DNA from: Longimicrobiales bacterium
Lineage (GTDB): Bacteria; Gemmatimonadota; Gemmatimonadetes; Longimicrobiales; Gaopeijiaceae
Assembly: GCA_965203485.1 (NCBI GenBank)
Contig: OZ241892.1
Location: 3,104,001 to 3,168,000 of the forward strand
Reading direction: 5' to 3'
Length of the DNA stretch: 64,000 bases
The notes under the pieces were generated by a model. It had not been told where the DNA came from and did no database searches. It worked only from the letters and a program-made list of their open reading frames with translations. The translations under genes were made by a program, and so were the position numbers. Below, in pieces: positions 57,089-64,000 of this stretch (position 1 is the first letter of the stretch; each line of letters starts with the position of its first letter).

Positions 57089-58885
57089 CTACGGGTCGGC
57101 CGAGTCGGCGCCCTGCTCGGCCCAGCCGATTCGGGGCAACAGCCGAATCAGCCATGTTCCCGCCCCGGCAGCGGCGCCAAGCGCCAGCACGGCCGGCGCC
57201 GGGCGGCCGTAGAGGACGTAGCCCGTCCCGAAGAGGACGCCGTACACGGTCACGCACCCCAGGAACCAGGCGAGCAGGGCCGCGGTGACGGTCCCGGCAC
57301 GGTCTTGGCCGATTCCGGCGTCCACGACCCGCCGCCATCCCCGTCCCAGCGGGCGGATCTTGTCGTAGAAGCGCTGCAGCGTGGGTTGGTCGGCGGGCGG
57401 CGTGGCCAGCGTGACGGCGAGCCAGCCGGCCGTCGTCACGGCCACGCTGGCCACGATCTGGGCCGACGGCGCCAGCGGGGCGAAGCCAAGCGCCGGATGG
57501 ACCCACGCGAAATGGACGGCCACGAGAAAGGAAATGGCCATGGCGGCCAGTTCGCTCCAGACGTTGACGCGGTACCAGAACCAGCGGAGCAGGAAGACGA
57601 GTCCCGTGCCGGCCCCCACGTTGAGCAGGATCTGGAAGCCTTGGCTGGCCGTGTCCAGCTGGAGCGCGACGAACGCGCCCGCCGCCATCAAGCCCACGGT
57701 CGCCAGTCGGCCGGCCGCCACGAGCTGGCGTTCGCTCGCCTGCGGGTTGACGAAGCGGCGGTAGAAGTCGTTGACGACGTAGGACGCGCCCCAGTTGAGC
57801 TGCGTGCTGACCGTGGACATGTACGCCGCCGCCAGCGAGGCCACCACGAGGCCCAGAAGCCCGGCGGGCAGGAAGACGAGCATGGCTGGATAGGCCAAGT
57901 CGTGCCCGACGAGCGAGGGATCCAGTCCTGGGAAGCGGGCCTGGATGTCGGACAGCTCCGGGTAGACGATCAGAGAGCAGAGCGCCACGACGATCCACGG
58001 CCAGGGGCGCAGTCCGTAGTGCGCGACGTTGAACCACAGCGTAGCCTTGACGGCTTCGCGCTCGTTGCGCGCCGCCAGCATTCGCTGGGCCACGTAGCCG
58101 CCGCCGCCCGGCTCGGCGCCGGGGTACCAGACGCTCCACCACTGCACGGCCACGGGGACCACGAAGATTGCGGCCGCCGTCGTCCAATCGGAGAAGTCGG
58201 GGAAGAAGTTCATGGCTTGGCGGGCGCCGGGATGGGCCGCCAGGCCGGCAAGTCCGCCGACGTCCGGGTGCCCCAGGGCGAACCACGCGGCCGCCACCGA
58301 CCCCACCATGGCCATCACGAAGAGAACCAAGTCCGTCGCCACGACGCCCCAGAGCCCGGAAGTGGCCGAATAGAGCATGGCGGCGGACCCGGCCACCACG
58401 ACGGTCGTGAGCGGGTCGAGGCCCAGGAGCACGCCCCCGATCTTGGTCGCCGCCAGCGTGACCGTCGCGATGATCACCACGTTGAAGAAGACGCCCAGAT
58501 AGAGCGCCCGAAATCCCCTTAGAAAAGCGGCGGGACGGCCCGCGTAGCGGAGCTCGTAGAACTCGATGTCCGTCAGCGCGCCCGACCGCCGCCACAGCTT
58601 CGCGTAGAAGAACACCGTGCACATGCCCGTGATCAGGAAGGCCCACCAGGACCAGTTCCTGGCCACGCCGCCGTCGCGCACGAAGTTGGCCACCAAGTTG
58701 GGCGTGTCCGTGGAGAAGGTCGTCGCCACCATGGACGTGCCCAGGAGCCACCACGGAAGCTTGCGGCCCGAAAGGAAGAACTCGCCCGCGCCGCTCCCCG
58801 CCCGGCGGGCGAAGCCGAGTCCGATGGCCAGCGCCGCGAGGCCGTAGAGGGCGACGACGATCCAGTCGAGAGGAGCTAGCTGCAT
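57089..58885 (-). CDS. Sodium:solute symporter (SSS family)
   Basis: FFLSGRKLPWW, SMVATTFS, QRML and AAYMST motifs; many TM helices. Confidence 0.95.
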   Translation of the reverse strand: MQLAPLDWIVVALYGLAALAIGLGFARRAGSGAGEFFLSGRKLPWWLLGTSMVATTFSTDTPNLVANFVRDGGVARNWSWWAFLITGMCTVFFYAKLWRRSGALTDIEFYELRYAGRPAAFLRGFRALYLGVFFNVVIIATVTLAATKIGGVLLGLDPLTTVVVAGSAAMLYSATSGLWGVVATDLVLFVMAMVGSVAAAWFALGHPDVGGLAGLAAHPGARQAMNFFPDFSDWTTAAAIFVVPVAVQWWSVWYPGAEPGGGGYVAQRMLAARNEREAVKATLWFNVAHYGLRPWPWIVVALCSLIVYPELSDIQARFPGLDPSLVGHDLAYPAMLVFLPAGLLGLVVASLAAAYMSTVSTQLNWGASYVVNDFYRRFVNPQASERQLVAAGRLATVGLMAAGAFVALQLDTASQGFQILLNVGAGTGLVFLLRWFWYRVNVWSELAAMAISFLVAVHFAWVHPALGFAPLAPSAQIVASVAVTTAGWLAVTLATPPADQPTLQRFYDKIRPLGRGWRRVVDAGIGQDRAGTVTAALLAWFLGCVTVYGVLFGTGYVLYGRPAPAVLALGAAAGAGTWLIRLLPRIGWAEQGADSADP

Positions 58886-58940
58886 GAGGGACGGCCTTTC
58901 GGAAGCGGCCAGAGGCGGCCGAACGTCGGCGCAACGCCGG

Positions 58941-60035
58941 TCAAGGCCGCACCGAACCCGAGGAGTGGTCCCCCGGCAACGGCCAGAGACGGCGCGGATA
59001 CGCCCCCGATTCTACCATGGCCCGGAGCGCGGCGGCCACTTCGGCGCGGTCGCCCGGGAAGGTCACGCCCATCCAGGGTTCGGCTGCGGGCAACGCTTGG
59101 CAACGGAGCCGTCCGGCCGCGACCAGCTTGCCGACCGCCTCGGTCAAGTAGAACTCGGCGGCGGGGCCGGGCTTGGAGGCGAGGAAGTCCGCGAAACCCT
59201 CCGCCAAGCAGGCGCGGACTTCGGGCGCGAAGCCCCAGAGGCTCATGCAGGCGGGGGCGTCGGCCGGGACGCTCGCCGGGGCGCCTGCGGCCGTCCGGCC
59301 GACGACCTGATCGCCTTGGAGGCGCAGGTCCAGCCCTTCTCCGAGCGCGGCGAGGCGCCCGTCGGGACCGACGTGGCAGATGCCGCGCGACACGCCGCCC
59401 CGGGACGACAGCGTGGCGCGCAACGGATAGGTCACGGTGACCGCAGGCACGACAGGAGAAGAGTGCGCGGAGGCGGCGCCGGTTGTTCGAGGCGCGAGTC
59501 CGGTTCGCGAACGACGGCGCGCGGACAGCAAGCCCACGGAGGCGCCTGCGGCCGATCGAGGTTCTGCCGACTCCATTTCGCGCAACGCCCGGCGCAGCAG
59601 TACATAGGCGCCCCGGCCGTAGAAGTCGTCGGCGTTGCAGACGCCGAAGGGCGAGTCCAGGTGGCGAGTCGCCGCAAGAACGGCGAAGCCGGTTCCCAAT
59701 GGCTTGGTCCTTCCCGGCGGAGGCTGCTCGACCGGACGCGGGAGCGCCAACGGTTGCGGCACAAGCAGGACGTCGGCCCCGGCGGTCGTCGCGGGCGCGA
59801 GATGGCGCTCGAAGTCGGCGCGCAACGTTTCCTGGATAACGATCACGAAGCGCGCGAAGCCGGCGAGGGAGGCGTCGTGGAGCGCGTAGTCCAAGAGCGC
59901 GTGTCCGCCAGGACCCACGGGCTCGAGCTGCTTGGGCCGGCCGAAGCGCGAGGACAGGCCGGCGGCGAGGATCACGAGAACCGGGCTTGCACCATCGCCT
60001 TCAGCGCCGGCCCCCCTGTCGTTAGCTGCAGACAT
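58941..60035 (-). CDS. Sugar-phosphate nucleotidyltransferase (NTP_transferase family)
   Basis: VILAAGLSSRFG..KQ, RTKPLGT, NADDFYG, EFYL and W.GVT motifs. Confidence 0.9.
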   Translation of the reverse strand: MSAANDRGAGAEGDGASPVLVILAAGLSSRFGRPKQLEPVGPGGHALLDYALHDASLAGFARFVIVIQETLRADFERHLAPATTAGADVLLVPQPLALPRPVEQPPPGRTKPLGTGFAVLAATRHLDSPFGVCNADDFYGRGAYVLLRRALREMESAEPRSAAGASVGLLSARRRSRTGLAPRTTGAASAHSSPVVPAVTVTYPLRATLSSRGGVSRGICHVGPDGRLAALGEGLDLRLQGDQVVGRTAAGAPASVPADAPACMSLWGFAPEVRACLAEGFADFLASKPGPAAEFYLTEAVGKLVAAGRLRCQALPAAEPWMGVTFPGDRAEVAAALRAMVESGAYPRRLWPLPGDHSSGSVRP

Positions 60036-60086
60036 CGACCGGCGCTTGGACGACGGGCAACCCAAGGCCGCCCACGCGACGACGGC

Positions 60087-61220
60087 CTATTCGCCCATTG
60101 CTTCGGCCAAGAGGCGGTGGAAGTGGTGCGTTCCAACTTCTCGCCGAGGCGAGAATCGTCCGCGCCCGTAGAGCCGCGACGCCAAGCCCCGGTGCTGGGA
60201 CTCCACCACCTCCTCGTCCTCCATCTCCACTCGGTGCAGGTCCGCGCCTACGCCCCGTTCGCGCATGCTTTCGTCCCACACGAAGGGCAAGAACGCGACC
60301 CGCGTGCGGTCTCTCCCCAGCGGCGTGACGACGTTCATGGACACGCCCCACGGATAGAAGTTCAGCATCACGTTGGGGAACAGCCAGAAGTAGAAGGCCG
60401 CCATGCGCTCGCCCCGGTCGGGATGTCCGTCGGGCAGCTTGAACGCCGCGTCGCCGTTCCTGCCGATTCCGAACTGCAGGCTGCCCCACGGAAAACGCTC
60501 GGTTCGGTAGGCGTCGTAGTCCAGGCCCGACAAGCTGGCGCCGTGGACGTAGGGAATGTGGAACTCTTCCAGGTAGTTGTCGCAATAGAGCGCCCAGTTG
60601 GCCTCGACGAGGTAGTCCCGGGCGCCGCCGGCGTCGAAGCGCGCCTCGTCCAGAGGCATCCAGTCGCAACGGGCGCGCACCGGCGCGATCCACTCGTCGA
60701 ACGAACAAGGCGGATCCTGGTCCAAGTTGGCGAAGAGGAACGGTCCCCAGCGGCCCGTCGCCAGCCAGGGCAGATCGTCGGCCCGGCTGGGGAATCCGGT
60801 CACGCCGTCGAACTCCGGCATCGATCGGAACGAGCCGTCCAGCTCGAAGCGGCGTCCGTGATAGCGGCACTTCAGGCTATGGACATGCCCCTCGCCCTCC
60901 ACCACGATGGCCCCCCGGTGCGTGCACACGTTCGAGAGGCAATGGACCTTGTCGTCGCGGTCGCGCACGACGACCACGGGCTCGTCCAAGCATCCCGGCA
61001 ACAGTTCCGACGGCAACACGTGGCCGGGCGCCTTCAAGCGGTTGAGGTCGGCCGCGAAGTGCCACGCGCGGGCGAAGACGCGTTCGCGCTGGCCCTCGTA
61101 GACCGCGTCCGAGTGATAGAAGGAGCCCGGAAGCGTCCGCGCCTCGCGCACGTCCGCGCTCACGCGGCAACCGCAACCCGTGCCAGGCGCGCTCCTGGAC
61201 CCGCCGCCCTCGTCGCTCAT
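60087..61220 (-). CDS. Rieske non-heme iron oxygenase alpha subunit (choline monooxygenase-like)
   Basis: Rieske NVCTHRG...CRYHG; mononuclear iron site DNYLEEFHIPYVH...ED. Confidence 0.92.
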   Translation of the reverse strand: MSDEGGGSRSAPGTGCGCRVSADVREARTLPGSFYHSDAVYEGQRERVFARAWHFAADLNRLKAPGHVLPSELLPGCLDEPVVVVRDRDDKVHCLSNVCTHRGAIVVEGEGHVHSLKCRYHGRRFELDGSFRSMPEFDGVTGFPSRADDLPWLATGRWGPFLFANLDQDPPCSFDEWIAPVRARCDWMPLDEARFDAGGARDYLVEANWALYCDNYLEEFHIPYVHGASLSGLDYDAYRTERFPWGSLQFGIGRNGDAAFKLPDGHPDRGERMAAFYFWLFPNVMLNFYPWGVSMNVVTPLGRDRTRVAFLPFVWDESMRERGVGADLHRVEMEDEEVVESQHRGLASRLYGRGRFSPRREVGTHHFHRLLAEAMGE

Positions 61221-61328
61221 GGCACCCAAGCAACGGGTACCGCCGCGTCCGGCAGGCCATTCAGCACTGGGCTCGGCCTCGAGCCGAACGAGGCCGCATG
61301 TTCCTCTCGTCCAGCCGCCCCCTCCCGT

Positions 61329-61712
61329 TCAGTTCTTGGTCGCCGAGAATCCCCCGGACATGCCGCCCATCGACCAAGTGCCGTCGACAACTCCGTCCTC
61401 GGAGACAACGACCTCGATCGCGAGCGGCCCCATCGGCCCGCTGGCTTCGATCGTCATCGACCGATCGATCACGACGATCCCGTTTATCGAGATGGGAGGC
61501 GTCCCGTCGTCGGCGGCGATGGAGCCCGCGTAGGCTCCCTCCGTCCCCTGAATCGTCATCGTTCCCGTCATCGTCATGCCTTCGACCTCGGCGACGAAGT
61601 CGTACGAGCCGGTGGGATCGAGGGGCGGCGGCGCTGGGGGCTCCGGCGGCGGGCCGGCACACGCGGCAAAGGCCAGCGCAAGGAGGGCTCCAGCGAAGTA
61701 CTTTCTGGTCAT
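61329..61712 (-). CDS. Hypothetical lipoprotein
   Basis: Lipobox FAA|C, Pro linker, beta-rich domain; CAGGAG RBS. Confidence 0.8.
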   Translation of the reverse strand: MTRKYFAGALLALAFAACAGPPPEPPAPPPLDPTGSYDFVAEVEGMTMTGTMTIQGTEGAYAGSIAADDGTPPISINGIVVIDRSMTIEASGPMGPLAIEVVVSEDGVVDGTWSMGGMSGGFSATKN

Positions 61713-61971
61713 GGTCGGTCTCCTGCAGGCGCGAGGAAGGCGAAGCCGCCATCTATGAGGTGGCGGGACTCAAGGTACCGCGGGAACGAGCGCCGCGCAA
61801 TCCGAAGCGAGGCGCAACGGCGAATGCTCCGCCCGATGGTCGTTCGCCGAGGCGGCGGCCGTGCGAAGAGCCCCCGTCGAGAGGGGCGACCCGGCGGCGA
61901 AGACGATGCGTACTGCGTGCCCACCGGCAACACGGGCGATGACAGTTCCCGTAGGCTGATCGCGTTGTGGT

Positions 61972-62721
61972 TCAGGGCTGGCTCCATTCGGCATGAACGA
62001 CGCACGCCGAGAGTTGAATGCCGCGCACGGTGATCTTTGCATCCGAGCGGTCTGCCGCCACGCGCGCAACGAGCCTGCCGTCGAGATGGCACGGGATGAC
62101 GGGGGCGTCCCGCTCGAAGTCCTGTAGCGAAGATTCCTGAATGGAGTCGAACAATCGGACCGGTATTTCGACGAGCTGATAGCGGTGTGGGGGTGAATTG
62201 GCGTCGCCCCGGAAGGCGCGCAACATCAAGATCGCGCTGACCGCCTCGCGGTACTCTCGGAACAGATCCCGCATGGCGTTGCGTCGGGCGGTCGGCGGGC
62301 GGGCATCCTGAATCCAGGCGGCCTCGGTCAGCTTCGAGATGTGCACGGTCGTCTCGGAGAGGTTACGGGCCGCAGTCGACTTCAGGGAGAGCTTTCGTGC
62401 CTTTCCCGCGGCCTCTACGGTTACGTCTACGAACCGGCGGGTACGAGAGCCGGGTTCGTCCATCGGCCACTGCACGTACCTGCAAGCGTTCCTGAACGCG
62501 GTCTCGAAGGCCACGAGCGCCAAGGGCTCCGGCGTCGCATCATGGTGCACCGACAGTACCAGACCGAAGTACTCGAGCCACTCCGGGGATGCCGTGATCC
62601 ATGTCCTCCCCATGGCCGCCGCCCGCGGGGGCCGGGACAACGAATCGACCATCCGGCAGACGAATTCCACCTTAACCGGGGAAAGTTGGTCGAGCCTAGC
62701 CTTGAGTTGCTCGAGCGTCAC
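61972..62721 (-). CDS. Type II restriction endonuclease, SmaI-like
   Basis: Resembles R.SmaI as recalled (FG..L..HH, SRT...D, LK..AA.N.S...H.SK..E, YQLVEIP, C.VH..W). GTG overlaps the MTase stop. Confidence 0.75.
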   Translation of the reverse strand: MTLEQLKARLDQLSPVKVEFVCRMVDSLSRPPRAAAMGRTWITASPEWLEYFGLVLSVHHDATPEPLALVAFETAFRNACRYVQWPMDEPGSRTRRFVDVTVEAAGKARKLSLKSTAARNLSETTVHISKLTEAAWIQDARPPTARRNAMRDLFREYREAVSAILMLRAFRGDANSPPHRYQLVEIPVRLFDSIQESSLQDFERDAPVIPCHLDGRLVARVAADRSDAKITVRGIQLSACVVHAEWSQP

Positions 62722-63617
62722 AGGTGGCGCAGGCGCCGATCAATCAGGTCCACGAACGACCGGTTGATCTCGATGCCGATCCATCGGCGGCCGAGTCGGT
62801 GAGCGGCGACCAGTGTGGTGCCCGCTCCTGCATACGGGTCAAGCACGATCGTGTTCTCGCGGCTGGTGATGGATACGCATTGCCGGGCAAGCGTCATCGG
62901 CATCATGGCCGGATGGTCGTCGGCAGTTCCGTTTAGCCGTTTGAGCGGTTTCGTGGCGATATCCCACACGCTGCGGAGCCGGCGTCCCCGTGGGCCGGAG
63001 ACTGCCTCAATGTCGTAGTAGTAGTCCTGATTCTTGGAGAGCAAAAAGATCGTCTCATGCGCCTTTGTGGGTCTATCACGGACGGATTCCGGGTGCGCGT
63101 TCGGCTTGTGCCAGATCACCTCCGACCGAAGCCACCAGCCGGCCGCCTGAAGCGCGAAGGCAAGTCGCCACGGCACGCCGATGAGGTCCTTCGGCTTGAG
63201 CCCTCGGGGAGTCGGGGGCCGCGTTGTCATGGCTCGTGCCCGGTTCTTTCGATCGGGTGCTCGGTAGCGTCGATTCCCGGATGTGAAGACATCGCCCACA
63301 TTGAGCCAGACGGTGCCATCCGGCCGGAGGACTCGCCGAAGTTCCTCGAACACCGCCAGGATGCTGCCGATGTAGTCGTCGAGGGAGTCGTCTCGGCCGA
63401 TCTGATCCTCGACGGCATAGTCCCGCAGAGACCAGTACGGCGGACTCGTGACCACGGTCTGCACGGACTCGCTTGGAAGCAATTGGAGTGACTTGTGCGC
63501 GTCGCCACAGATCAAAGTCGATTGACGTAGTGGCAACGGTGCGTGTGCAGATTCATCGACTCGGACGTGTCCGCTTGCGTTGGCGAACAGATCCCGAAAA
63601 GTGGCGACCGTGGTCAA
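62718..63617 (-). CDS. N4-cytosine DNA methyltransferase, M.SmaI-like (beta class)
   Basis: TSPPYW, TSGNR.YRAPD.KN.ARAM..RP.TP.GLKPKDLIG.PWRLAFALQ and VLDPYAGAGTT motifs. TTG start inferred. Confidence 0.9.
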   Translation of the reverse strand: MTTVATFRDLFANASGHVRVDESAHAPLPLRQSTLICGDAHKSLQLLPSESVQTVVTSPPYWSLRDYAVEDQIGRDDSLDDYIGSILAVFEELRRVLRPDGTVWLNVGDVFTSGNRRYRAPDRKNRARAMTTRPPTPRGLKPKDLIGVPWRLAFALQAAGWWLRSEVIWHKPNAHPESVRDRPTKAHETIFLLSKNQDYYYDIEAVSGPRGRRLRSVWDIATKPLKRLNGTADDHPAMMPMTLARQCVSITSRENTIVLDPYAGAGTTLVAAHRLGRRWIGIEINRSFVDLIDRRLRHL

Positions 63618-63891
63618 GATCGCACGTTGGCGTCGAGACCCTTGTCCTCGGTCCCGTCCACGTACTTGCGGTGCTTGCCATGCATGCCAATGGTGACGGT
63701 GGTCGTGATGTCGCCGACATCTTCGTCCCGGAGGTTGTTCCGGCGTGCACGTTCGCCACCGCGTGGATGGCGACGAGAGGCGAACCGTCGTCGGCGAGGA
63801 TGGAGCCGCTGTAGGCGTTTTCGGCTCGCTCGGTTCGTCATCGTTCCCGTCATCGTCACTACGCGGTCGCAACGCGACGACGACGGAACAG

Positions 63892-64000
63892 TCAGCACGG
63901 AAAGGCTTCGACTCGGTCGCCCGATGCGGTCCGCAACGACATTCGTACTACGTACTCGATGTCCAGGTCGTCCTTGACGACGCCGAACAGCCTGCCTCCT
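63892..64000 (-). CDS. C-terminal end of a gene running off the window (possibly a beta-propeller protein)
   Basis: ...GGRLFGVVKDDLDIEYVVRMSLRTASGDRVEAFPC*; the DxLDxxYV ending resembles 6-bladed propeller termini. Confidence 0.5.
   Translation of the reverse strand, partial: GGRLFGVVKDDLDIEYVVRMSLRTASGDRVEAFPC

Noticed and set aside
63614..63898. 94-aa ORF as an RM controller (C) protein
   Set aside because: No helix-turn-helix pattern and low-complexity Arg-rich sequence, although its stop overlaps the inferred MTase start.

Overview
Densely coding, high-GC bacterial window with about 50 genes and one tRNA. Its gene content (TonB receptors, PorV-like barrel, DUF5916, many lipoproteins) suggests Gemmatimonadota, but that is an inference. 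Both ends carry restriction-modification genes. On the left is a lower-GC, decaying defence islet: a DNA methyltransferase, a short PD-(D/E)xK endonuclease and an ATPase/partner pair collapsed by a deletion. On the right is an apparently intact SmaI-like RM pair. Between them are housekeeping and catabolic genes (aminotransferase, degenerate DEAD-box protein, HcrCAB-like molybdoenzyme interrupted by a DUF1460 amidase, multicopper oxidase, GH109, kynureninase-like enzyme, PQQ dehydrogenase, PhoD, a galK/SSS/nucleotidyltransferase/Rieske operon) and tRNA-Lys(UUU). The most interesting locus is 11.15-14.12 kb. There, a lipoprotein ending in an M15 zinc-peptidase domain is followed by two tandem secreted paralogues that differ mainly in hypervariable patches, and the second copy is preceded by a stub of a peptidase C-terminus. 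This is the layout of an effector plus immunity-array (polymorphic toxin-like) system. All family assignments come from motif recognition by eye; no database searches were run.
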